Below are positions 54,292 through 63,118 of a DNA stretch of 64,000 bases, one piece after another (the stretch's first letter is position 1; the number at the start of each line of letters is the position of its first letter). Position numbers and translations under genes: made by a program. The notes beneath the pieces were generated by a model. It ran no database searches. It was not told the DNA's origin and was given only the letters and a program-made list of their open reading frames with translations. This stretch comes from Eubacteriales bacterium (GTDB taxonomy: Bacteria; Bacillota; Clostridia; Oscillospirales; CAG-272). The stretch covers positions 21,076 through 85,075 of the forward strand of contig JAZQYP010000065.1 in the NCBI GenBank assembly GCA_045633625.1, written 5' to 3'.

Positions 54292-54564
54292 ATAAACCTA
54301 TGAATAAGAGTAGTAGCCATCGAAATTTTGTTTTCAGAGAGTCGCGGGTGCTGTGAGCGCGATAGCAAGACCTTGGTGAATGGACTTATGAGGGCGGAGC
54401 GAGAAGCGATAGCTTGTTAGTAGCCGACGGGAAGCCTATCCGTTACAAATGGCGGCGCATAGAGTGCGCAGAGTGGGCGATATTCGCCAAGCCGGGTGGT
54501 ACCGCAGGATAATTTTTAGATATTTTCCTGTCCCTGCATTAGCAGGGACAGGATTTTGTTTTTT
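54292..54564 (+). promoter_or_regulatory. T-box riboswitch leader, Trp specifier (UGG)
   Basis: AGAGA box. Specifier loop GAA-TGG-A, with TGG at 54381..54383 just before the lower helix CTTAT. T-box core GGGTGGTACCGCA at 54494..54506. Terminator CCTGTCCCTGC-atta-GCAGGGACAGG plus T-run at 54527..54564. Confidence 0.85.
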
Positions 54565-54575
54565 GGAGGTTTTAT

Positions 54576-55793
54576 ATGAAATTTAACGGCGTTGATTTTG
54601 ACACATATTTTAATAATTACCCCGACAATAACGGATATTTTGGAGCATACGGAGGCTGCTATATTTCCGACGAGCTTAAGGCGGCTATGAAGGAGATTAC
54701 CGACGCGTATTTCTCAATCTGTCAATCCCGCAAGTTTATCAGCGAGCTTCGCAGAATTCGTAAGGAATTTCAGGGCAGACCCACGCCTATAAGCCACCTT
54801 GAGAGACTCTCAAATTCGCTTGGCAACGTTCAGCTTTATGCTAAGCGTGAGGACCTTAACCACACGGGCGCGCACAAGCTCAATCACTGTATGGGTGAAG
54901 CACTTCTTGCAAAGTATATGGGCAAGAAGAAGGTCATCGCCGAGACGGGAGCAGGTCAGCACGGAGTGGCGCTTGCAACAGCGGCGGCATATTTCGGTCT
55001 TGAGTGCGATATTTATATGGGTACTGTCGACATCGCAAAGCAGGCGCCCAACGTCGCAAGAATGAAGATTCTCGGCGCTAACGTAGTTGAGGTAAAGCAC
55101 GGACTTGCAACGCTTAAAGAGGCGGTTGACGCGGCTTTCGAGGCATATGCAAGAGAGTACAAGGACGCTATCTACTGCATAGGCTCTGTAGTCGGCCCTC
55201 ACCCCTTTCCTATGATGGTAAGAGACTTCCAGCAGGTAGTTGGAATTGAGGCAAGAGAGCAGTTTATCGAGATGACGGGACACCTTCCCACTGCTATCAC
55301 CGCTTGTGTTGGCGGCGGCTCGAACTCGGCAGGATTTTTCTCGGGCTTCTTAAACGACCCCGTTGACATTTACGGCGTTGAGCCTCTTGGACGCGGTGAG
55401 AAGCTTGGTGACCACGCGGCAAGCCTTAAATACGGTACAGAGGGAATTATGCACGGATTTAACAGCATAATGCTCAAGGACGAGAACGGCGAGCCCGCGC
55501 CTGTATATTCGGTCGCAAGCGGACTTGACTATCCTTCGTCGGGTCCTGAGCACGCATTCCTTCACACCATCGGCAGAGTTAAGTACGACGCGATAGGCGA
55601 TGACGACACCATTGACGCATTCTTCAAGCTCTCGCGTATGGAGGGAATCATTCCCGCTATTGAGTCGAGCCACGCGGTAGCTCACGCAATTAAGCTTGCA
55701 AAGGAAATGGACCACGGCTCAATTCTCATCTGTCTCTCGGGCAGAGGCGATAAGGATATGGACTATATCATCCAGAATTACGGAATAAGATAA
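54576..55793 (+). CDS. trpB: tryptophan synthase beta chain-like PLP enzyme (stand-alone TrpB)
   Basis: [15 protein letters not shown] carries the PLP lysine. [10 protein letters not shown] and GGGSNSAG are also present. 405 aa. No trpA or other trp genes are adjacent. Confidence 0.85.
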   Translation: MKFNGVDFDTYFNNYPDNNGYFGAYGGCYISDELKAAMKEITDAYFSICQSRKFISELRRIRKEFQGRPTPISHLERLSNSLGNVQLYAKREDLNHTGAHKLNHCMGEALLAKYMGKKKVIAETGAGQHGVALATAAAYFGLECDIYMGTVDIAKQAPNVARMKILGANVVEVKHGLATLKEAVDAAFEAYAREYKDAIYCIGSVVGPHPFPMMVRDFQQVVGIEAREQFIEMTGHLPTAITACVGGGSNSAGFFSGFLNDPVDIYGVEPLGRGEKLGDHAASLKYGTEGIMHGFNSIMLKDENGEPAPVYSVASGLDYPSSGPEHAFLHTIGRVKYDAIGDDDTIDAFFKLSRMEGIIPAIESSHAVAHAIKLAKEMDHGSILICLSGRGDKDMDYIIQNYGIR

Positions 55794-55800
55794 AAAATAA

Positions 55801-55826
55801 GCCTTCTCCGACGGAGAAGGCTTTTC
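55801..55826 (+). terminator. rho-independent terminator after trpB
   Basis: GCCTTCTCC-gac-GGAGAAGGC plus TTTT. Confidence 0.8.
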
Positions 55827-55829
55827 TTA

Positions 55830-55858
55830 TTGACTGTCGTAGAAATGTATGATAAAAT
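55830..55858 (+). promoter_or_regulatory. promoter of the sigma factor operon
   Basis: TTGACT (55830..55835), a 17-nt spacer, then TGaTAAAAT (55850..55858). Confidence 0.5.
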
Positions 55859-55947
55859 ATTTTTAGGAAAATTTTTTATTTTCTTGAAACCTTTTTCATT
55901 TTTTTGCGACTTATTGGATAGAAGCCCAATAAGGAACGGAGGGCAAG

Positions 55948-56502
55948 ATGGAAGATTATAAGATCGTTGACCTGTATTGGCAACGCTCGGAGGACGCCAT
56001 AAAAGAGACCGACGCAAAGTACGGCAGAATGCTCAAGGGCATTTCGCTTTCCTTTGTTGAGGTCATCGAGGATGCAGAGGAGTGCCTTAACGACACCTAC
56101 CTTGCGGCGTGGCAGAGCATGCCAAGTGAGAGACCCGTGTATCTCGGCGCGTTTCTCTCAAGGATCATTCGCTCACTCTCGATAGACCGCTATCGCGCGC
56201 GACACTCAAAGAAGCGCGGCGGCGTGGCGGCACTGTGCGAGGAGCTGACCGATTGTATCCCTGACACTATGAGTGTTGAAACTGAATACGATAACTCCCG
56301 TCTTGCTGACACACTAAACCGCTTCGTTGAGTCACTTGACGAAGAGAGGCGGTATATCTTCATAAGAAGATATTATTACTCGGATGCTATCGACACGATA
56401 GCAGACAAACTCGGCTCGGGTGTCGGAAGAATAAAAACGATTCTTCACCGACTTCGTAAGGAGCTAAAGAAAATTCTTGAGGAAGGGGGGATCGCGATAT
56501 GA
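55948..56502 (+). CDS. sigma-70 family RNA polymerase sigma factor (ECF-like, regions 2 and 4 only)
   Basis: 184 aa. Region 2 is ECLNDTYLAAWQ...RIIRSLSIDRYR and the region 4 HTH is IDTIADKLGSGVGRIKTILHRLRKELK. Confidence 0.85.
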   Translation: MEDYKIVDLYWQRSEDAIKETDAKYGRMLKGISLSFVEVIEDAEECLNDTYLAAWQSMPSERPVYLGAFLSRIIRSLSIDRYRARHSKKRGGVAALCEELTDCIPDTMSVETEYDNSRLADTLNRFVESLDEERRYIFIRRYYYSDAIDTIADKLGSGVGRIKTILHRLRKELKKILEEGGIAI

Positions 56503-57170
56503 GAGCGGAAAAACTTAATAGTGCAGAGAAGCTTCTCGACGCGATAGGCGATATCGATCCGCGATTTATCGCCGAGGCAGAGGCAGTCCCCGATATCAAG
56601 AAAAAGCGCTTTATCTTGCCGAGGAAGACAGTAAACGCCCTTGCGGGTGCGCTTGCCTTTGTATTCGTTATCTTCGGTGTGTCTATTGCCCTCTTTAACG
56701 GAGGAATTGATGCCGATATGGCGCCCGAGGATGACAAGTCTGCTATGGACGTGCTTGAGCACGAGACTGCGGCGAAGGATGAGAGTATCACTCTCGGTGA
56801 GCTTATCGTATCGGTGCAGAACGACACAAGCATCAGTACGGTGGCGGCGGAGGACATCGAGTTCTTTGACGACACCATAAGGATAATCTGGTGCTACGAG
56901 GGGGACGAGAAATACCGCGTGGTAAGTGTCCCTGCCTCGAAGAATTCAGAGCTTCTTCTCGGTATCGAGAGGCTTAAGACCGCACCAAAAACAACAAATA
57001 CGGGCGAAATGCCCTATGCTATCTGGATCTGTCTTGAGGACGGAAGGGTAATAACCCCCTACCTTGAGTGGTCGGACGGCAACGTTGGCTATGCAGAGCT
57101 GTTCGAGTATTCACCCGAGATAGAACCGAGCAGTGCATTTACAGAGCTTATTAACGAAATCATTAGTTAA
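56499..57170 (+). CDS. single-pass membrane protein, putative cognate anti-sigma factor
   Basis: Its start overlaps the sigma gene stop (ATGA). It has a cytoplasmic N-terminus, one TM helix (LAGALAFVFVIFGVSIALF) and an extracytoplasmic domain. The function is assigned by position only. Confidence 0.55.
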   Translation: MRAEKLNSAEKLLDAIGDIDPRFIAEAEAVPDIKKKRFILPRKTVNALAGALAFVFVIFGVSIALFNGGIDADMAPEDDKSAMDVLEHETAAKDESITLGELIVSVQNDTSISTVAAEDIEFFDDTIRIIWCYEGDEKYRVVSVPASKNSELLLGIERLKTAPKTTNTGEMPYAIWICLEDGRVITPYLEWSDGNVGYAELFEYSPEIEPSSAFTELINEIIS

Positions 57171-57178
57171 GAAAGGAA

Positions 57179-58828
57179 ATGAGAAAAATGAAAAAGGGTA
57201 TTATTTCGATTTTATTGATGGTTGCAATGTTATTTTCACTCGCATCGTGCGGTGCGACAATGAGCGACGCCGAGAGTATGGCACCTATGGACGGCGGATT
57301 TTCGGGCTTGTTCCCGAACAAGAGCGATGCTGTTTATAATTATGGCATGAGTGCTGACGAGGCGATAACCGGCGTGACTGTGGGGACACAGGGAACAGTT
57401 ATGGATACTGAAGCAGAGCTTACAGTACCTGGCGAGGTGCCTGAATATGGCTTTGTTGGCGATCCTATGGATTACTACAAGCTTATTGAAAACCCCTTTA
57501 TAGACGCATCTAAGGAAGACACGTCCACCTTCTCGGCAGACGTTGACACGGCGTCCTATGCATACTTCCGCAAGCTCGTACAGCAGGGATATGGTCTCTC
57601 TGAGCTTATGGCAACGGCAGGGCATTCGCTTCGCACCGAGGAAATGATAAACTATTTTGATTATGGCTACGATGCACCCGCAGAGGGCGAGCTTTTCTCA
57701 AAGACGATGCAGGTAGCACCTTGTCCTTGGAATCAGAGCAATATGCTTTTGGTGCTTGGTCTTGAGGCGGTAGAGGCACCCATTGCCGCAAGAAACAACC
57801 TCGTATTCCTTATCGACGTTTCGGGCTCTATGCGCTCTGCTGATAAGCTTGAGCTTCTCAAGAAGGCGTTCACCTATCTTGTAGAGAATATTGGCAATGA
57901 TGACGTCATCTCTATCGTCACCTATGCGGGCGAGGAGAGAGTAGTGCTTGAGGGCTGCTCGGGCGCAAAGAAGGATAAGATCCTGAAAGCTGTAAGATCA
58001 CTTGAGTCGCAGGGCTCGACAAACGGCGAGGCGGGTCTTAAGAGAGCGTATCAGATAGCAGAGAAGTACTATATCGAGGGTGGAAATAACCGCATAATTA
58101 TGGCGTCTGACGGAGACCTCAACGTTGGTATCTCCTCGGTTGACGGCATAAAGGCACTTGTTGAGGAAAAGCGTGATGCGGGCGTATTTATGTCGGTGCT
58201 CGGCTTTGGCACAGGCAACTACAAGGACGATAAGATGGAGACTATCGCCGACTGCGGAAACGGAGTTTACTATTATATCGATAGCGAGATCGAGGCAGAG
58301 AAGATATTTGGCGCCGAGCTTTTCTCAACGCTCTATACAGTCGCAAAGGACGTAAAGCTTCAGCTCACCTTCAACTCCGACGTGGTCGCGGCATACAGAC
58401 TTATAGGCTATGAGAACAGACTCCTCGCCAACGAGGATTTTGAGAATGATACTAAGGACGCGGGCGAGCTTGGCTCGGGTCACTCGGTAACGGTCTGCTA
58501 CGAGCTTATTTTCAAAGAAAGTGAAGCTGAAGAAGCAACCAAGCCCTCGGGTGAGCTTGTTAAGCTGTCTGTAAGATACAAGCAGCCTGACGGCATCAAG
58601 AGCGATCTTGAGGAGAGATCGTTTGGTATGGAGGTATGCACCGATAGACCTACCGATAACTTTAAGTTTATTTCTGCGGTTATCGAGACCTCTATGATAC
58701 TCCACGAGAGCGAGTATATTGGTGACATCGGTCTTGACAACGTGCTTGATACGCTGGATTCTATCGAGCTTGACGACGAATACAAGGAGCAGTTCAAGGT
58801 TCTTATAAAGGGGCTTATGAAAAACTGA
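57179..58828 (+). CDS. VWA-domain lipoprotein (YfbK-like)
   Basis: Lipobox LASC, the N-terminal box STFSADVDTASYAYFR, the MIDAS motif DVSGSM, and a C-terminal extension. 549 aa. Confidence 0.82.
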   Translation: MRKMKKGIISILLMVAMLFSLASCGATMSDAESMAPMDGGFSGLFPNKSDAVYNYGMSADEAITGVTVGTQGTVMDTEAELTVPGEVPEYGFVGDPMDYYKLIENPFIDASKEDTSTFSADVDTASYAYFRKLVQQGYGLSELMATAGHSLRTEEMINYFDYGYDAPAEGELFSKTMQVAPCPWNQSNMLLVLGLEAVEAPIAARNNLVFLIDVSGSMRSADKLELLKKAFTYLVENIGNDDVISIVTYAGEERVVLEGCSGAKKDKILKAVRSLESQGSTNGEAGLKRAYQIAEKYYIEGGNNRIIMASDGDLNVGISSVDGIKALVEEKRDAGVFMSVLGFGTGNYKDDKMETIADCGNGVYYYIDSEIEAEKIFGAELFSTLYTVAKDVKLQLTFNSDVVAAYRLIGYENRLLANEDFENDTKDAGELGSGHSVTVCYELIFKESEAEEATKPSGELVKLSVRYKQPDGIKSDLEERSFGMEVCTDRPTDNFKFISAVIETSMILHESEYIGDIGLDNVLDTLDSIELDDEYKEQFKVLIKGLMKN

Positions 58829-58845
58829 TCTCTTAAGGGGGATTT

Positions 58846-60108
58846 ATGAAATTAAAGGCTGTTATAGGTTTTGTTTGCTTGGCGCTGACACTTGCTATGT
58901 GCTTAAATCTTGCGGGTTGCACCGTGGTACATGCCGAGGATCTTATGGAAGACGTGATACCCTCGGCGGTGACGGGCAAGGTGGCTGACGATGATTTTCG
59001 CGAGTCGCAGATGGAGCTTTCGGTAAAGCTCTTCCGTGCGATGAGCGAGGCAAGCGAAGAGAAGAACGTGCTTATCTCTCCCTTGTCAATTGAACTTGCG
59101 CTCGCTATGACGGCGAATGGCGCAAAGGGTGAGACGCTTGACGAGATGCAGACTCTTCTTGGCGGAGATATTACAATCGACGAGCTTAACGAGTATCTTT
59201 ATTCCTACGTGAATTCCTTGCCCTCGGGGGAAAAATACAGGGTGGATATTGCGAATTCCATTTGGATACGCGACGAGGAGGGAAGGCTCACGGTAGAGGA
59301 TAGCTTCCTAAAGAAGAATGCCGACTATTACGGCGCGGCGGCTTACAAAGCGCCCTTTGATAACTCAACCGTGCGCGACATCAACAATTGGGTCAAAAAG
59401 AACACCGACGGAATGATAGACAAGGTGATAGACGAGATACCCTATGATGCGATAATGTACCTCATAAACGCGCTCGTTTTTGAGGCGGAGTGGCAGGATA
59501 TCTACGAGCGCACCGAAATATACGACGGAGTTTTTACAACCGAGACGGGTGAGGAGCGCGACGTTGAGATGATGTTCTCGTCAGAGTCAAAATTCTTTGA
59601 GACCGAGAACGCAAAGGGCTTTTTCAAGAACTACAAGGATGCAAAATACAGCTTTGTGGGAATATTGCCTGACGAGGATATAACACTTGACGAGTATATA
59701 GCCTCTCTTGACGGCGAGGAGCTTCTCGCGATGCTTGATGGTGCGGAGAACGGTATGGTAAACGTTGATCTTCCCAAGTTCGAATATGAATATGAGCTTG
59801 AAATGAATGACGTTTTAAAATCTCTCGGTATGCCCACGGCATTTGATTCTCAGAATGCCGATTTTACGGGTATTGGCAGATCGATATATGACAATATCTT
59901 TATCGGCAACGTGCTTCACAAGACTCACATTCGCGTTGACGAAAGGGGAACAAAGGCGGGCGCTGTGACGGTCATCGAGATGCTCGATTGTGGCGCGGCA
60001 ATGCCACCTCTTACCATCACGCTAGACAGACCCTTTATGTATATGATAATCGACAATGAAACAAACCTTCCCATATTTATGGGCGCGGTTAGAGACATCG
60101 GTAAATAA
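58846..60108 (+). CDS. serpin family protease inhibitor, lipoprotein
   Basis: Lipobox LAGC, ISPLSIELALAM, the hinge ERGTKAGAVT, and LDRPFMYMIID near the C-terminus. 420 aa. Confidence 0.85.
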   Translation: MKLKAVIGFVCLALTLAMCLNLAGCTVVHAEDLMEDVIPSAVTGKVADDDFRESQMELSVKLFRAMSEASEEKNVLISPLSIELALAMTANGAKGETLDEMQTLLGGDITIDELNEYLYSYVNSLPSGEKYRVDIANSIWIRDEEGRLTVEDSFLKKNADYYGAAAYKAPFDNSTVRDINNWVKKNTDGMIDKVIDEIPYDAIMYLINALVFEAEWQDIYERTEIYDGVFTTETGEERDVEMMFSSESKFFETENAKGFFKNYKDAKYSFVGILPDEDITLDEYIASLDGEELLAMLDGAENGMVNVDLPKFEYEYELEMNDVLKSLGMPTAFDSQNADFTGIGRSIYDNIFIGNVLHKTHIRVDERGTKAGAVTVIEMLDCGAAMPPLTITLDRPFMYMIIDNETNLPIFMGAVRDIGK

Positions 60109-60146
60109 AGTACAAATTAAAAAATGTTGGGTAGATTTATTGATAA

Positions 60147-61034
60147 ATGGAGAGGAGGTATATTAATAAATTTATGACAAAATATTGTTTGAGTTTTATA
60201 TGTATTGCGATAGTTTTGAGCTTAATTAGTTGCGACAATGTTTTGGATGGAAGTTATAATGATGATGTTTCAATGAATAGTGAAGCTGCTTCCTCAGAAA
60301 CACAAGCAAATGAAACTGAATTGCTTAAAAATATTATGCATACTGATTGGCATATCAAACCTATCGAAATACTGTCGAAAGAATTAGAAATTGAGATCAT
60401 TTCTCGTTATCTTGAAGATGTTCCTGCAGAGGAGGGGATATCGGTGGAAGACATATCCTTGAGATTTTACGGAACTTATGGAGACGCGTATGTAATGTTC
60501 ATAGATAATCCTTATCTTGAGCATATGGAGATTTTATGTCAAGATGATATTGGTGATTATTCATTTAGATATACTAATTCCCAAACTCTTGTAGTGTATT
60601 ATAATGGTGATTTTTTTTCATTGCCTCAAGCATCTGAGAAAGGTATTATTGAGGATGATGATATTTGGGAATTATATAAACGGTATGTTGGGGAAGATAT
60701 AAAAAATCAATATGTTAAAAATGTACTTGTGAGCAAGGATAACTATACAACTCAAGATATAAAAATACGTGCTTATGGTGGCTTTTTTACAGAGAGACAA
60801 TATAACACTGATATGTGGTTCATTTTTGTAGATGTCAATGATATTTTATATGATAATGTTGCTACAATAGAAAAAGTATGCGGGTATGAATTTAAGTATC
60901 CAACATCTCAACAATTGTTGATATATTATGAATATCAGTTTTACACAGTTTCTGATGCATATTCTAATGGATATATAGATAATAATGCGGTGAAGTTTGT
61001 GTACGAGGCTTATATGAGTAATATTAATAAATAG
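60147..61034 (+). CDS. hypothetical lipoprotein with internal duplication, AT-rich gene
   Basis: Lipobox LISC; an alternative start is the ATG at 60174. Two similar halves (..YSFRYTNSQTLVVYYNGDFFSL.. and ..YEFKYPTSQQLLIYYEYQFYTV..). Its composition is much more AT-rich than the flanking genes. Confidence 0.65.
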   Translation: MERRYINKFMTKYCLSFICIAIVLSLISCDNVLDGSYNDDVSMNSEAASSETQANETELLKNIMHTDWHIKPIEILSKELEIEIISRYLEDVPAEEGISVEDISLRFYGTYGDAYVMFIDNPYLEHMEILCQDDIGDYSFRYTNSQTLVVYYNGDFFSLPQASEKGIIEDDDIWELYKRYVGEDIKNQYVKNVLVSKDNYTTQDIKIRAYGGFFTERQYNTDMWFIFVDVNDILYDNVATIEKVCGYEFKYPTSQQLLIYYEYQFYTVSDAYSNGYIDNNAVKFVYEAYMSNINK

Positions 61035-61252
61035 AGACTATAGTTGTTGTATTGTTCTTCAAAGACTTCAAAAGATTTGCATATAACTTGTAATCTATAT
61101 CAAAGGTTTTACTATATCCTGCCTGTTTATCCTATCAAAACAAAAGATGATCAATTATCAGAAATTTTTGATCTGCCTTTTGTTAATTATCCAAATAAAT
61201 TTACAGATACTTTTGAGGCAGAATAATATTAGCAAACACTGTTGTGTATAAA

Positions 61253-61284
61253 GAGCAGCTTCTCTTATAAAAGAGAAGCTGCTC
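61253..61284. terminator. bidirectional terminator (pepF / lipoprotein gene convergent)
   Basis: GAGCAGCTTCTCTT-ataa-AAGAGAAGCTGCTC, a 14-bp stem with T/A-rich flanks on both sides. Confidence 0.75.
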
Positions 61285-61297
61285 CTATATTTTATGC

Positions 61298-63097
61298 TTA
61301 TTTCTTGTTGTAGATCTCTCTGAACTGAGCTATTGCCGAAGCAAAGTCCTCGATAGCGCCGTTTACTACCTCGGGATCGGTCATATCGATCTCAGCGACA
61401 AGGAGGCTCTCAAGAGGAGACTTCGAGCCACCGCACTTAAGGAAGTCGATGTACTTCGAGATATAAGCCTCGCCCTCTGTCTCTATGCGCTTAACGATAG
61501 CGGAAGCGGCAGAGATGCAGGTAGCGTACTTATAAACGTAGAAGCAGGTGTAGAAGTGGGGGATACGCGACCACTCGTAAGCGATCTGCTTGTCGCAGGT
61601 AACGTCCTTGCCGAAGTAACGCTTAACGAGCTTGTAGTAGTGCTTCTTGATAACGTCAGCAGTAAGGGGCTGACCCTTCTCGCACATAGCGTGCATATCT
61701 CTCTCAAACTCTGCAAACATTGTCTGGCGGTAGAGAGTACCCTTGTAGGTCTCCATAAGCTGATTGAGAATGTAGAGCTTCTCGCTGTCACTCTTGCACT
61801 CTGCGAGCTTGCGGTGAGCAAGAAGAAGCTCGTTTACAGTTGACGCAACCTCTGCAACGAAGATTGTGTAGTTCGAGTTGTGGGGCTCGTTGTACTTTGT
61901 TGAGAAGTAGGTGTGCATCGAGTGACCTGCCTCGTGAGCGAGGGTGGAGACGTCATCGAGCTTGTTTGTGAAGTTAAGAAGGATATAGGGCTCAGTTCCG
62001 GGAACGCCCGAGGAGAACGCGCCGCCGCGCTTGCCGCGAGCGGGGAATACGTCTACCCAGCCCTTCTCGGTAAGTCCTGCACGAAGAGCATCGGAATATT
62101 CCTTGCCGAAGATCTCTGCGGTCTTAAGAACCTCGTCAACTGCCTCCTCATATGTGTAGGAGTTGTCAAGCTCGCCGATAAGGGGAGCATAGATGTCATA
62201 GAGGTGGAGGTGGTCAACGCCAAGCACCTCGCGCTTGAGCTCATAGTAATCGTAGAGGGCGGGAAGTCCCTTGTGTACCGAGTCAATGAGGTTGTTGTAG
62301 ATAACGGGAGTTACCTCGTCACGCGCGGTGGACGCGGTGATAGAGTTCTTGTAATTTCTGACCTTTGCATTGGTCGTAGACTCCTTAACGCGCGCCTCGT
62401 AGAGATTTGCAAAGGTGTTTGCGAACTGCTCATAGGTCTTGTAGATGGTACGGAATGCATTTGCGCGAACAGTTCTGTTCTTGCTCATAAGATACATAAC
62501 GTAGTTTGTGTCGGTAAGCTCAACAAGCTTGCCCTCTTCGTTGCGGATCTTGCCAAAGCGAAGGTCGGCATTTGCGAAGATAGAACGGATGCCGCCGTGA
62601 GAGCCGAGGGCATTCTGCATCTTGGAAAGAAGCACCTCACACTCGTCGGAGAGCACGTGGGGCTTCTCGCGGAGTGTAAGCTCTATCATTCTTCTGAAGG
62701 TCTCAAGCTTCGGGCATTCCTCAAACCACTTGTCGATTGTCTCCTTGTCGAGCTTGAGAAGGTAGGGGGATACGAACCACGAAACAGTTCCTGCCTCGAT
62801 AGCAAGGCTTCTTACTCTCGAATCGAGTGCCTGATACGCGTTGTTTGCGCTCTCAACCGAGAAGTTAAGAGATGCATACTGCCAAAGCTTTTCGATTATT
62901 GCCTCAACCTCGGTCATAGCAGAGAGAGTTTCAAAGAGGTTCTCGCCGCTCTTTGTCATAGTCTTTTCAAACTTTGCAAATTCCTTGAGCTTCTTCTGTG
63001 CTGCCACGTAATCAGCCTCAAAAGCCGCCTGATCCTTGTAGATGACCGTGAGGTCCCATTTGTACTTTTGGTCGATGTCTTTTCTTTCGAGTACCAT
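61298..63097 (-). CDS. pepF: oligoendopeptidase F (M3B)
   Basis: 599 aa with the zinc motif HEAGHSMH and the characteristic M3B length and N-terminus (DLTVIYKD...). Confidence 0.92.
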   Translation of the reverse strand: MVLERKDIDQKYKWDLTVIYKDQAAFEADYVAAQKKLKEFAKFEKTMTKSGENLFETLSAMTEVEAIIEKLWQYASLNFSVESANNAYQALDSRVRSLAIEAGTVSWFVSPYLLKLDKETIDKWFEECPKLETFRRMIELTLREKPHVLSDECEVLLSKMQNALGSHGGIRSIFANADLRFGKIRNEEGKLVELTDTNYVMYLMSKNRTVRANAFRTIYKTYEQFANTFANLYEARVKESTTNAKVRNYKNSITASTARDEVTPVIYNNLIDSVHKGLPALYDYYELKREVLGVDHLHLYDIYAPLIGELDNSYTYEEAVDEVLKTAEIFGKEYSDALRAGLTEKGWVDVFPARGKRGGAFSSGVPGTEPYILLNFTNKLDDVSTLAHEAGHSMHTYFSTKYNEPHNSNYTIFVAEVASTVNELLLAHRKLAECKSDSEKLYILNQLMETYKGTLYRQTMFAEFERDMHAMCEKGQPLTADVIKKHYYKLVKRYFGKDVTCDKQIAYEWSRIPHFYTCFYVYKYATCISAASAIVKRIETEGEAYISKYIDFLKCGGSKSPLESLLVAEIDMTDPEVVNGAIEDFASAIAQFREIYNKK

Positions 63098-63118
63098 AAT
63101 ATATCTCCTTATAATAAA

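Noticed and set aside
61044-61226. A 60-aa ORF in the spacer between the AT-rich lipoprotein gene and the pepF terminator.
   Set aside because: It has a non-ATG start, no RBS and no recognisable motif. It sits in AT-rich spacer DNA where random ORFs are expected. It could be a gene remnant, but I cannot support that.
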